DNA of 64,000 bases. Source: a virus. Its lineage: Duplodnaviria > Heunggongvirae > Uroviricota > Caudoviricetes. The notes under the pieces are model-generated. The model was not told the DNA's origin. It saw only the letters and a program-made list of their open reading frames with translations, and ran no database searches. The stretch lies in IMG/VR virus record IMGVR_UViG_2703718815_000003; one strand, written 5' to 3'. Numbering within the stretch: the stretch's first letter is position 1; each line of letters opens with the position of its first letter. Below, in pieces: positions 37,770-46,761 of the stretch. The position numbers were made by a program, and so were the translations under genes.

Positions 37770-38414
37770 TTACAGCGCGTCAGTGGGCTTTTTACGCGCT
37801 GCGTTTATGCTTATGACGCCAGCTTTTGGACGTGGGTCAACAAGGTTAAGCTCTTCTTCGCTGTGGTATTCGAGGTCGAACTCACGTTTTACATGTCTGA
37901 TGTAGATTGCGGTGAGCAGGCTATCTTTGGTCAGAAAGTGTCCGTAGGATTTGCGGATCACTTCTTCTACTTTCTCGATTTTCTCACCACCCATACAGAG
38001 ATGATTAAACCGGCTGTGTTTCCGCAACATTTCGTCTACTGGGCCTGAGTAAACCTTGTCTACTTTCCCAAAACGGATGATTTTCCCTGTGTCTGCGGAT
38101 ACGAGGCAAATCAGCTTGTCTGGTGATAAACGATCTCGCCACGTCACACCTGAACGGAGTGTGTTGAAGTAGGGAGCATCCAATCCGATGATCGGTTTAC
38201 GAAATGCGAGTAATGGAACGTACCTGATGCAACTGTTTAAATGAAAATTCACACCAGCCTTATCAAGTTTAATTCTGGTTTCGTAGATCGGGCACTTCGC
38301 CGCTATACCGCAGATGTCACAAAGCAACTTCTGCTTATTCAGGTTGGAATTTGATTCGATAGTGTAGGAGCCGTCTTCAAGACGACGAACCCAGCGCGTG
38401 CGTTTTAGATCCAT
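37770..38414 (-). CDS. hypothetical protein (214 aa)
   Basis: Track ORF. Confidence 0.5.
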   Translation of the reverse strand: MDLKRTRWVRRLEDGSYTIESNSNLNKQKLLCDICGIAAKCPIYETRIKLDKAGVNFHLNSCIRYVPLLAFRKPIIGLDAPYFNTLRSGVTWRDRLSPDKLICLVSADTGKIIRFGKVDKVYSGPVDEMLRKHSRFNHLCMGGEKIEKVEEVIRKSYGHFLTKDSLLTAIYIRHVKREFDLEYHSEEELNLVDPRPKAGVISINAARKKPTDAL

Positions 38415-38494
38415 ATGTCATTTTTCTGTGATTGTTAGCCGAGGCAACGATAACCCACCAGGTGCGCCGAAGGTAGTAAATGCCTGTTTTAATT

Positions 38495-38580
38495 ATTCAC
38501 ATATCCACAGGATAGATCCTAATAAAGAGATCCATAGATAGATCCTTGTATAGATCAAATAAGATCCCCGATCGCTGTAA
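38495..38580. promoter_or_regulatory. origin-like region: DnaA-box-like site + GATC cluster
   Basis: atatccaca (8/9 to TTATCCACA) followed by 6 GATC sites in about 70 bp. Confidence 0.55.
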
Positions 38581-38610
38581 GCCGCGCCACGACTGGTCTG
38601 AAGCCATGTT

Positions 38611-38720
38611 CATGTATGCTGTCAGCGGTAATTGATAGTCTGTCAGCGGTTCACCGTATGCTGCCAACTGTTTTTGGTATTCTGTCAGCGGCAAATCAAG
38701 TATGCTGTCAGCGGTTGAAT
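38611..38720. repeat. iteron array upstream of repA (about 5 copies TATGCTGTCAGCGGT)
   Basis: Direct repeats, same orientation, ending about 15 nt before repA ATG. Confidence 0.75.
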
Positions 38721-38735
38721 GACAAAGGTGTCCAC

Positions 38736-39830
38736 ATGTCCACAAAAAATAAAAAAGGTAAAAATAACAAAGAAGTAGAAGATAATCTCGACAACTTTGA
38801 AGAAGGTTCCCTTGAATTGTACACAGGGGAACTTGTCCCTAATAGCAACAATACAGTCCAACCAATTGCGTTGATGCGGCTGGGATTGTTCGTGCCCACG
38901 CTCAAGGGGACAAAATACAGCAAGCGTAACAAGCCAAATGAGATCGATGCTTCAAAGGAGCTTGTTCAGCTCGAAGTAGCCCGTTCTGAAGGCTATTCCG
39001 ATATCAAGATAACCGGTCCTCGTCTCGACATGGATCATGATTTCAAAACGTGGGTGGGCGTTGTGCGTTCGCTGGCAGAATACGGCGAACCTAACGGTCG
39101 TGTCGAGTTAAGCATCACGAAATTTGCGAAGTTTTGTGGCTATCCATCGTCACAGATCCGCAAAACACTCCGCGACCGGCTTACAAACAGTCTTTTGAAG
39201 ATCATGCGTACAACTCTGTCTTTCCAGAGAACGTATGAAGAAAAGAACGTCGACGGCTCTAACAAGATCTCGCTTCTGATGGTGCACCTCATCAATAGCG
39301 TGGACTACAACGAGCAGAAAGATACGGTGGTGTTCTATGCAGAACCGAAGCTGGCCGAACTATATCGCTTTGACCATAAGGTTCTTTTGCAGTTAAAGGT
39401 TATCAATAAGCTACCACGCAAAGAAACAGCACAGGCTCTGTACACCTTCATCGAAAGTCTTCCAACCAAGCCTGCGCCGGTATCGCTTGCTCGATTGCGT
39501 GCGCGACTCAATTTGAGTAGCAGGAATGTCAGCTCGCAGAATCAGACTATACGCAACGGCTTAAAAGCTCTCCAAGATTTGGGTTATCTCGAATACAGCG
39601 AGATTAAGCGAGGGCGGTCGATCTATATCCAGATTCACAGCCGCAATCCAAAACTCAAAGTCGCACCGCCAAAACCTGAAGACATCGAACCCAAAAAACT
39701 AGATGAGAAAGCTGGGGAAATTGATGCCAAACAGAACATTATCAACAAGATAACCGAACTTTCGCAGAATTTGACGCCTGAAAATATCAAGATGATTGAG
39801 ATCCTTTCCAATAGTCTCAAACTGCTTTGA
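38736..39830 (+). CDS. repA: RepA-type iteron-binding replication initiator
   Basis: Track ORF trimmed to ATG (MSTKNKKGK...) with AAAGGTG RBS; 364 aa; flanked by iterons; motif NSNNTVQPIALMRLGLFVP. Confidence 0.7.
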   Translation: MSTKNKKGKNNKEVEDNLDNFEEGSLELYTGELVPNSNNTVQPIALMRLGLFVPTLKGTKYSKRNKPNEIDASKELVQLEVARSEGYSDIKITGPRLDMDHDFKTWVGVVRSLAEYGEPNGRVELSITKFAKFCGYPSSQIRKTLRDRLTNSLLKIMRTTLSFQRTYEEKNVDGSNKISLLMVHLINSVDYNEQKDTVVFYAEPKLAELYRFDHKVLLQLKVINKLPRKETAQALYTFIESLPTKPAPVSLARLRARLNLSSRNVSSQNQTIRNGLKALQDLGYLEYSEIKRGRSIYIQIHSRNPKLKVAPPKPEDIEPKKLDEKAGEIDAKQNIINKITELSQNLTPENIKMIEILSNSLKLL

Positions 39831-40365
39831 TATGCTGTCAGCGGTGAAATGTATGCTATCAGCGGCTATTTTTCTGAAAAGTATGCTGTAAACGGTTAAA
39901 TATATGCTACCAGCGGTATAGTGAGATGAACGTATGCTGTGGGCGGTAAATCATCTATCACCACTCAATGCTCTGTCATACCTCCCCAGTGGTTACTAAC
40001 CTCGAAGAGTGCATTCCATATAGGTTTGCGCTCACTAACATTCTATTGCTATTGCGCTGATTGCTTGTAGTGAAAGGCATTTATTGCCTGCTGCTCCCTG
40101 ATAGAACGTATGCTGTCAGCGGTGTTTTATTGAGGAATTTTTGTTTGGATATGCTATCAGCGGTAATTAATGGTATATGTCAGACCTTCGTATGCTGCCA
40201 GCGGTAATTTTGTTCTGGTTATACCCATACCGGTACACATTATTCATGCAATGTCTTAAGTATGCTGTCAGCGGTAAAAAATCGAGTAAAGTATGCTGTG
40301 AGCGGTGAGATAGACTCTCGATATGCTATCAGCGGTAGTTGATTGTGTATGCTGTCAGCGGTGAC
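39831..40365. repeat. iteron array downstream of repA (about 12 copies TATGCT(G/A)(T/C)(C/G)AGCGGT)
   Basis: Same 15-bp core as upstream array, irregular 15-35 bp spacing, same orientation. Confidence 0.75.
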
Positions 40366-40409
40366 GACTATGAAATATGACTGCGGAACGTGCCGCAGTC
40401 AGTTTGCAT

Positions 40410-40622
40410 TTAGTGTATTTTCTTTAACAGACCCCAAAGTGTTCCGGCTTTTGTAGTCAGTTTTCCTGTTTCTGGATCGTACATACGCCATTCACGCCGC
40501 TGGTGGACGATATACCCATCTTCACGTTCCAGACGCTCAAGAATGCCAGGCTGCTTGAAACCCTTAGCACGCCAGTAGCCGCTTGTTTTCTCGATTTCCA
40601 GACCTGCCAGTGTTAATGCCAT
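40410..40622 (-). CDS. hypothetical protein (70 aa)
   Basis: Track ORF; ATGA coupling. Confidence 0.4.
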   Translation of the reverse strand: MALTLAGLEIEKTSGYWRAKGFKQPGILERLEREDGYIVHQRREWRMYDPETGKLTTKAGTLWGLLKKIH

Positions 40623-40957
40623 TATCCAACCTCCTTGCAGTCATCGAAAAGGTAGCTTTGCTGAGAAGCGTGAACACCATAGAAGCCCTTGTATTTGTTG
40701 TATACGAAGTGGTCTTCTCCGACGCCGGTTAATTTGCCATTACGATTTGTGAGATATGGGGATGACAACACTCGATCGTCACGCACAACATAGAACTGGT
40801 CGCCGCTGTCTACGACCATCGCTCCATATGGTGCTTTTATGACGTCGGTAAGAGCGCCATTCTTAACGTCGGCTACAGACATTTCACACTGATAAACAGT
40901 GGTGTCGGCCACAACGATCGAAGAAAGGAACAACAGCGCGAATGGGATGGTCTTCAT
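40622..40957 (-). CDS. secreted protein with signal peptide (111 aa)
   Basis: N-terminal MKTIPFALLFLSSIVVA. Confidence 0.5.
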   Translation of the reverse strand: MKTIPFALLFLSSIVVADTTVYQCEMSVADVKNGALTDVIKAPYGAMVVDSGDQFYVVRDDRVLSSPYLTNRNGKLTGVGEDHFVYNKYKGFYGVHASQQSYLFDDCKEVG

Positions 40958-41133
40958 GCTGCCACCTCTTTGATTACATCAAATGCTGAATTAAATACGA
41001 GCACGATAGCCAAAGCGTTTATGACTACGTCGTGCACCGGGGAAAAGACTTTACGAATGACACCAGTGAAAATGCAGTCGATGACAAAAGCTATTGAAAC
41101 GATGAGTAACAAGTATTCAATAAAAATCTTCAT
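40954..41133 (-). CDS. small membrane protein (59 aa)
   Basis: MKIFIEYLLLIVSIAFVIDCIF...; stop overlaps next start (ATGA); not in 60-aa track. Confidence 0.4.
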   Translation of the reverse strand: MKIFIEYLLLIVSIAFVIDCIFTGVIRKVFSPVHDVVINALAIVLVFNSAFDVIKEVAA

Positions 41134-41172
41134 GATAGGTAGATACTAACTTATATAAATTTTACTGTAAAC

Positions 41173-41448
41173 TCACTCAAAAGTGCTGATGCTTAAAATA
41201 CGCTCAAGATGTTCGGCATCTTCATCACTGATTTGTTGAGTCTCTTCTACGTACCAACAGTTGCCGTTATGCCAACAAACACCATCATCATCAACCATCA
41301 CTGAATCAGCGTCATGACCTGTATATTCAACGAGAATACGCTGGATCAGCGCGTCAGTTTCTTCGTCGTTAAGGCCATCGGCTTTGACCATAAAAAGCGG
41401 AAACACGTCATAGACAGTGCTGGTAACGATTCGAACTAAAACTCTCAT
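41173..41448 (-). CDS. hypothetical acidic protein (91 aa)
   Basis: Track ORF. Confidence 0.45.
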   Translation of the reverse strand: MRVLVRIVTSTVYDVFPLFMVKADGLNDEETDALIQRILVEYTGHDADSVMVDDDGVCWHNGNCWYVEETQQISDEDAEHLERILSISTFE

Positions 41449-41503
41449 GTGTTTTTCCTTTTGTGGTTAGTGTTTACTTATTTTGTTAGTTATGAATAGG
41501 CGA

Positions 41504-41929
41504 TCAATCTTCTTGTTTAGGGAAAAACTGTTCAATAACTCTGTCAACGGCTGTGTCTATATGGAGTAGATGCCACACAACCATATCTTTGCTTCCCATG
41601 CCTTGTGTGAATATCACGTCATACTTACGCCATGCGCAGTGGAACCAATATGCTGAGTCATCAATTGGTAAATCCTCTCCCGCCTCTTTGAAGTATTTCA
41701 GCAGCATTGCCTGCTCTGCCGTTGGCGTTGGACCTATTTCCTGAGCGTACATACGGATGAATCGCTGCCAGTCTGTCTCCTCGGGGGTTGGATCTGGTGG
41801 GGTCATTTCTGCGATAGCGTTTCGTAGTTGATGCGCCCAATCAGGTTCAGGAAAGCCTTTTGCTGCTTCATCATCAATAACATCCAGAGCCACGTTTGCG
41901 GCATCGTAGAGTTTCTTAATAGCTGTCAT
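41504..41929 (-). CDS. hypothetical protein (141 aa)
   Basis: Track ORF; class I motif upstream. Confidence 0.5.
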   Translation of the reverse strand: MTAIKKLYDAANVALDVIDDEAAKGFPEPDWAHQLRNAIAEMTPPDPTPEETDWQRFIRMYAQEIGPTPTAEQAMLLKYFKEAGEDLPIDDSAYWFHCAWRKYDVIFTQGMGSKDMVVWHLLHIDTAVDRVIEQFFPKQED

Positions 41930-41945
41930 GTTTTCTTATCCTTTT

Positions 41946-41961
41946 AAACAAATTATTTTCT
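41946..41961 (-). promoter_or_regulatory. class I palindromic motif
   Basis: aaacaaattattttct. Confidence 0.45.
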
Positions 41962-41974
41962 TAATAAGATAATT

Positions 41975-42008
41975 GCGATAAAAAAGGCGTCCAACTGGAC
42001 GCCTGAAC
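41975..42008 (-). terminator. rho-independent terminator (GGCGTCC/GGACGCC family)
   Basis: aaaaaaggcgtccaactggacgcct. Confidence 0.6.
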
Positions 42009-42020
42009 TTTTTAGGGGAG

Positions 42021-42851
42021 TTATTTCACTGTAATGAAAGGAGTGTTAGCCCCTTGAGTCATGTACTGCGGTAACTGGCCATTCCATTTATTGATGGCTT
42101 CCAGTTCCATAACGTTCGGGTTTTGACGCAGAGCTTCACCGCGCAGACGAATGGCGTCTGCTTCTGCTTGCGCACGAGCACGGATAGCATCAGCTTCACC
42201 ATTAGCCTGTTCACGTAGCATATTCGCCTCAGCTTTACGTTGTTCAACTTCCTGCTGACGTTGCAGAGTACGCTGGTTAGCCGTTACTTTGGCGTTAATA
42301 GATTCAATGACGGTTTTTGGGTAATCAGGCTTTCCAACCCATGACAGGCTCAGTACCTCAATACCAACCGGAGACATCTCTTTCTGAATATCTTTCAGTG
42401 CGTTGTCCAGCAATTGTGCCTTACCACCGTCGATAAATGAGTCAGTGGTCATACGGCTGGCCAAACGGTTTAGAGAGTCGGCAATTTTCTGACGCAGATC
42501 TGATTCGGTGATATCGTCTACGCCTTTGCGATAGGTCTGGAACACCGTCGTTACCTTGTCACGATTAACCAGATACGCAACGCCAATTTTGTGACCAATA
42601 GCAGTACCGTCACTCATCTGGAATGTGAACGGCTCGTCGTAGGTCTTCATTTGTTTGAAGGTCGGGAATACGTAAAGTTCGGTGTTAAGACCTGTCCATT
42701 GGCGACCAACGCCAACTACTTCACCAATCCCTTTGTCTTCACCTAATTTGTTTACTTTGATGCCAACGTATCCAGGCTCCACGCGATCACAGCCAGTAAG
42801 ACCCATTGTGCAAACAGCGGCCACGATCACTGCCAGTAAACCTTTCTTCAT
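42021..42851 (-). CDS. SPFH/band-7 domain lipoprotein
   Basis: 276 aa; signal peptide + lipobox LTGC; SPFH-like core then Ala/Glu/Arg-rich coiled coil. Confidence 0.6.
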   Translation of the reverse strand: MKKGLLAVIVAAVCTMGLTGCDRVEPGYVGIKVNKLGEDKGIGEVVGVGRQWTGLNTELYVFPTFKQMKTYDEPFTFQMSDGTAIGHKIGVAYLVNRDKVTTVFQTYRKGVDDITESDLRQKIADSLNRLASRMTTDSFIDGGKAQLLDNALKDIQKEMSPVGIEVLSLSWVGKPDYPKTVIESINAKVTANQRTLQRQQEVEQRKAEANMLREQANGEADAIRARAQAEADAIRLRGEALRQNPNVMELEAINKWNGQLPQYMTQGANTPFITVK

Positions 42852-42854
42852 TAC

Positions 42855-43055
42855 TTACTTCTCCTTCGAATTGATGAGTGACTTTAGAAACTTACGACCT
42901 GCAATAAACCCGATCACAGGAGCGCCAAAAGCAACGATGATTCCAAGCATTACGGCAATGTCGCTTTTAGTAGAGATCAGCGACGGAACCAGCAAACAGT
43001 AGATGAAAACTACAGATAGACCTGTAACTACTGCCATAAGATAGAGTTTGATCAT
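42855..43055 (-). CDS. small two-TM membrane protein (66 aa)
   Basis: Track ORF; immediately upstream of SPFH gene. Confidence 0.45.
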   Translation of the reverse strand: MIKLYLMAVVTGLSVVFIYCLLVPSLISTKSDIAVMLGIIVAFGAPVIGFIAGRKFLKSLINSKEK

Positions 43056-43086
43056 GTGTTTTCCTATGTGGTTATTGTGTGCTAAT

Positions 43087-43103
43087 GATAAGTAAGTGCT
43101 TAT
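43087..43103. promoter_or_regulatory. class II palindromic motif
   Basis: gataagtaagtgcttat. Confidence 0.45.
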
Positions 43104-43114
43104 ACATTTTCAAT

Positions 43115-43146
43115 ATACAAAAAAGGCGTCCGTTTGGACGCCTGAT
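43115..43146 (-). terminator. rho-independent terminator after recA (GGCGTCC/GGACGCC family)
   Basis: aaaaaaggcgtccgtttggacgcct. Confidence 0.6.
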
Positions 43147-43148
43147 AA

Positions 43149-45488
43149 TTAATCTTCTAGTTCTTCTGTTGGTGATGTCTTCTCTCGTCGGTCATCTATC
43201 GTCTGTAAAGCCGCAATGATTTCAGCTAGTGGCTTCTCCCGATACATCTCGACGATCTGTGATTTGGTGTATTTCTTGTCACCAATTTCAACTCGCCCGC
43301 TGGCGTTCTTTGGCAGGTATCCTTCTTCCAGCATGTACTCGACGAGCGACTCGATAACGTCGAGGCCACGAGTAGGATCGAAGTAGAATTTCCAGGTGCA
43401 TTTGCCATACGGTGGTGCAACTTTGTTTTTGATGCACTCTGCGCCTACGTCCTGACCGATCTTCTCTTTCCCATCCTTCATCACCGATGCACCGAGACGG
43501 ATGCGCACAGAAGCGTAAAACTTCGGTGAATCGCCGCCTGGCGACGTAGTAGGGTCGCCAAACATTACACCGATTTTTGTGCGAACCTGATTCAAGAAGA
43601 TGATGCAGGCGTTGTATTTGCGTGCCCACAAAGCCAGAGTAGGGAAGTTCGCACTCGTCGCACGAGCCAGTGCCGTATTGTCGTTCATGTTCAGCTGATC
43701 TTTGTCTTTGGCAGTGCCTTCAGCCATCTTTTCGAACTTCTCGGCTTTGGAGTTCGGAACCATAGACGCAAGTGAGTCAGCCACGATACAGATAGGTGCT
43801 GATTCAGGAATAAGCTCTTCATCACGTACCAATTTAAGAATTGTGCCGATCAACTCTACAGAGTCTTCGAAGGTATCAGGCTGCTTGTATACCCACTGAC
43901 CGTCATCCTCATCTGCGTTCAGACCATTGGCGACAGCCAGGCCAACGTCAAAACTGTTTTCATGATCGAGGAATACCGCCAGACCATCTTGTTTTTGAGC
44001 GGAGATCATCGCTGCTGTTGCAAGGAATGTGTTGTGGCTGATAATCCCGTTAGACCAGAAAGAGTGTGTTTCCGGCATCGCTACGTCGAACGTTGGTGCT
44101 TCACCTTCCTCAATAGCCACGACTTCGTCGTAGAACAAGTTAGAGCCAATTACCGCTGCCAGTTGTGCAAACAGATGCTCGTTAAAACGATTCTTTCTGC
44201 CAATGAAGGAGACATAGATTTCTCGCAGTTTGTCTATTCCGACACGATCGCCGCGGCCAATAACGTGGTCTACCAGAGCGTAGTCTTCACGGGTGGTCTT
44301 GGTGAGCGACTCGTAGAGTGATTTCACTAAGCCGCTGATGTGCGGAACATAGCCTGAGTAAGTGCGGTCAAAACCAATGTCCCGTTTGGTTGCCACTGAT
44401 AAACGTGCCGGAGATTCGAAACCAATCGTTGACAGAAAAAGGTCGTAATTAGAGCCACTGAATGACAGCCGGTAATATGTATTTTCATAACCCGCGACGT
44501 GTTTTTCAGAGATAGTTGACGTAATCCCCAGATTCAGGAGCATGAGGCGAATTTGCTGTAGCAGCAGCCCACTCGCGCTCACAACCTCAATGCAGCGACC
44601 ATCATTGACGTGGCATTCCAGCTCAAAGTAGCCGCGAAGGAATGCAATTTGAGCCTCGCTATTGGCGCGACGCACACTCAACGGAACCTGCTTGCCAGCA
44701 GCTTTCTCATACTCCAGACCATATTCTTTAAAAAGCAGCGAACGCACCTCTTTGCTAAACAGCACATGGTCTTCCGAGCCGTTATGTTTTCTCGTAACTG
44801 GCATCTTGTCTGATACCAGCGAAATGAGGCGGTAGTACTCATCCTTGATGAAAGGATCTGTGTTAGAAAAATTCACTGAATTTTCAGAGGCCACGTATCC
44901 GTCAGCAATTAAATAGCCCATCAGTTTTGCGATATTGGCATCCAGGTGCTGATCGCCGAATTGATGTGTGCCAACCATTGAAGGAATCGTGTCGCCTACA
45001 CTGATTTTTTCAGCATGTCGCCAGACGACATTACCTAAGTCGTCAACCACACGGATTGGGTGACGGAACGTAGCCTCGATATAACCGCCTGATGCCAGCT
45101 TAATACGCTTGAATTTGCGACGGTTGTTCCATGTCAGGTGTGAGGTCTTCTCTATCACGCCATTTTCATTGATGAGTCCAACGTTATGCTCTACATCGCG
45201 AGTAGTGCATGTCGCTTTGTACCCTTCAATCTCAAACAACTCTTTCACTGTTACCATTCCACGCTCCGTCAGCAGCATGGTGTCTGCGGTAACACATTTC
45301 CCTGCACTTGGAGGACCGAATACTTCGACGATACGACCACATGGGAAGCCGCCATCGTAACGACCGGAAATAGCTTTGTTTAACGGTGGAAAGCCTGTAT
45401 CAATCCAATGAGTTACTTTCTGAATTTCGTCGTTGCTACCGATTTTCTTTTTCAGAGCAAGTGCCAGTGCGGATTTTCCTTTTGCCAT
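43149..45488 (-). CDS. recA: RecA-family recombinase interrupted by an intein (precursor 779 aa)
   Basis: N-extein ...GRIVEVFGPPSAGK then Cys; C-extein collinear with RecA (FLNQVRTKIGVMFGDPTTSPGGDSPKFYASVRI); exteins total about 357 aa. Confidence 0.85.
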   Translation of the reverse strand: MAKGKSALALALKKKIGSNDEIQKVTHWIDTGFPPLNKAISGRYDGGFPCGRIVEVFGPPSAGKCVTADTMLLTERGMVTVKELFEIEGYKATCTTRDVEHNVGLINENGVIEKTSHLTWNNRRKFKRIKLASGGYIEATFRHPIRVVDDLGNVVWRHAEKISVGDTIPSMVGTHQFGDQHLDANIAKLMGYLIADGYVASENSVNFSNTDPFIKDEYYRLISLVSDKMPVTRKHNGSEDHVLFSKEVRSLLFKEYGLEYEKAAGKQVPLSVRRANSEAQIAFLRGYFELECHVNDGRCIEVVSASGLLLQQIRLMLLNLGITSTISEKHVAGYENTYYRLSFSGSNYDLFLSTIGFESPARLSVATKRDIGFDRTYSGYVPHISGLVKSLYESLTKTTREDYALVDHVIGRGDRVGIDKLREIYVSFIGRKNRFNEHLFAQLAAVIGSNLFYDEVVAIEEGEAPTFDVAMPETHSFWSNGIISHNTFLATAAMISAQKQDGLAVFLDHENSFDVGLAVANGLNADEDDGQWVYKQPDTFEDSVELIGTILKLVRDEELIPESAPICIVADSLASMVPNSKAEKFEKMAEGTAKDKDQLNMNDNTALARATSANFPTLALWARKYNACIIFLNQVRTKIGVMFGDPTTSPGGDSPKFYASVRIRLGASVMKDGKEKIGQDVGAECIKNKVAPPYGKCTWKFYFDPTRGLDVIESLVEYMLEEGYLPKNASGRVEIGDKKYTKSQIVEMYREKPLAEIIAALQTIDDRREKTSPTEELED
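44031..45296 (-). mobile_element. intein with LAGLIDADG homing-endonuclease domain inserted in RecA P-loop
   Basis: About 422 aa between GK and T; starts Cys, ends His-Asn, +1 Thr; LMGYLIADGYV and FLRGYFELE motifs. Confidence 0.8.
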
Positions 45489-45490
45489 GA

Positions 45491-45763
45491 TCAGGCTCCT
45501 TTTGTTTCGTTGATTCGTTTTAAAGCGGCGGATTCATCGAATACAATCGCATCGTGGTTAAGGAGTCTGGATACACGAGCGAGGATTTTTACGACCTGCT
45601 CGCTGACTAATCCAAACTCGCGATCTGTCGCTTTCATTCCGGCAGCGCCTAGAATTGACGGCAGTGCGATGACAGCGTACTCACCGTGATAAAAGACAAT
45701 CTCTTTTGCCAGTTGGGTGGGGGTGGTTGTAGCGCCATTAATAATCGATTTAAGCATTAGCAA
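45491..45763 (-). CDS. hypothetical protein (90 aa)
   Basis: Track ORF; stop abuts recA start. Confidence 0.45.
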   Translation of the reverse strand: MLMLKSIINGATTTPTQLAKEIVFYHGEYAVIALPSILGAAGMKATDREFGLVSEQVVKILARVSRLLNHDAIVFDESAALKRINETKGA

Positions 45764-46701
45764 TACCTTTCGAATGGAAGAACAAACACTTCAAGGTCTT
45801 CAAGGAACGAACGGAAATTCAGCTCGTAGCACAGTTGCTCGAATGCTTTCACGTCACGATTGCCTTTGATTGTTTCGATTTCGGTAGGCGGAAACTTCGT
45901 CTCAATCAGGTTCATTAGCGTGATGTTTCTCTTGAACGCTTCGAGCATTCGACAGCCTGTTTTCTCGTTGAAGGCATTCTTCGCTAGTTTGTTGAAGGCG
46001 GTCTTATGACGTCCTTTGTCAACCACGATTGAGCCGTCGTTGATGCCGCGTACCATCGTTGCGACACTTCCCCATTCATGCAGCAGCTCTTTCGCACCGC
46101 CAGCACCAATGCCACCAACACCGCTAATGTTGTCCGATTTATCGCCTTGTAATGCTTTTGCTTCCAAAAATGCGCGAGGAGTAGCGAATCCTGTCAGCTC
46201 CGCAAATTGCTCAAAATTAACCTGCTTGTTTTTGGCGTCTTCACGCAGGCTTACCCAGCTTACGTTTTCACGAACTAACTGAAGCCAGTCGCTATCGCCT
46301 GTTAACAGATAGATGTGTTCAACGGTTGGCTGCGGTGCCATGCGGGATACCAGCAGCCCGGCCAGATCATCCGCTTCTGCATCTTTTGCAATGAGTTGGG
46401 TAACTCCAAGCGCGGTCATCATTTTGAGGATGTATGGCTTCTGGATAGCAAAGCCTTCCTTCATCTTTTTCATATCAGGATCGTCGTCGCGATTTGCTTT
46501 GTAGTCCGGGTAAAAGTCGCGACGCTTGTCACTAAATCCATCCCAAAGAATCATAGGCCGGGCATGGAGGATGGAGGCATAACGACGGACGTTCTTAACA
46601 AAGCCGAAAGCAGCCTGTACTTCCATTTCGCCGTTGTGCAATTTGTCAGATTGTTGGTGGTAATAGCCCAGGCTATTGCCATCTACGAAGAGATAATTCA
46701 C
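45757..46701 (-). CDS. 5'-3' exonuclease / flap endonuclease
   Basis: Track ORF (to 46752) trimmed to GTG after GGAAGGA RBS because terminator hairpin lies in annotated N-terminus; LFVDGNSLGYY, GDKSDNISGVGGIG. Confidence 0.75.
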   Translation of the reverse strand: MNYLFVDGNSLGYYHQQSDKLHNGEMEVQAAFGFVKNVRRYASILHARPMILWDGFSDKRRDFYPDYKANRDDDPDMKKMKEGFAIQKPYILKMMTALGVTQLIAKDAEADDLAGLLVSRMAPQPTVEHIYLLTGDSDWLQLVRENVSWVSLREDAKNKQVNFEQFAELTGFATPRAFLEAKALQGDKSDNISGVGGIGAGGAKELLHEWGSVATMVRGINDGSIVVDKGRHKTAFNKLAKNAFNEKTGCRMLEAFKRNITLMNLIETKFPPTEIETIKGNRDVKAFEQLCYELNFRSFLEDLEVFVLPFERYC

Positions 46702-46719
46702 CGGTACATTCCTTCCAAA

Positions 46720-46748
46720 AAGTAAGGCGTCCGTAGACGCCTTACTGG
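46720..46748 (-). terminator. rho-independent terminator (GGCGTCC/GGACGCC family)
   Basis: gtaaggcgtc cgta gacgccttac, T-run on minus strand. Confidence 0.6.
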
Positions 46749-46761
46749 TCACGTAATGGGA

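Noticed and set aside
39831-40365. Array of about 12 direct repeats with variable spacers, superficially CRISPR-like
   Set aside because: Repeat core is only 15 bp, spacers are irregular (15-35 bp), a second array of the same repeat lies upstream of the adjacent initiator gene, and no cas genes are present; these are plasmid-type iterons.
43149-45488. Possibility that the 779-aa RecA-like ORF is a fusion or frameshift artefact
   Set aside because: The inserted block starts with Cys, ends with His-Asn and is followed by Thr, contains LAGLIDADG motifs, and excising it restores a collinear RecA; a canonical intein explains the length.
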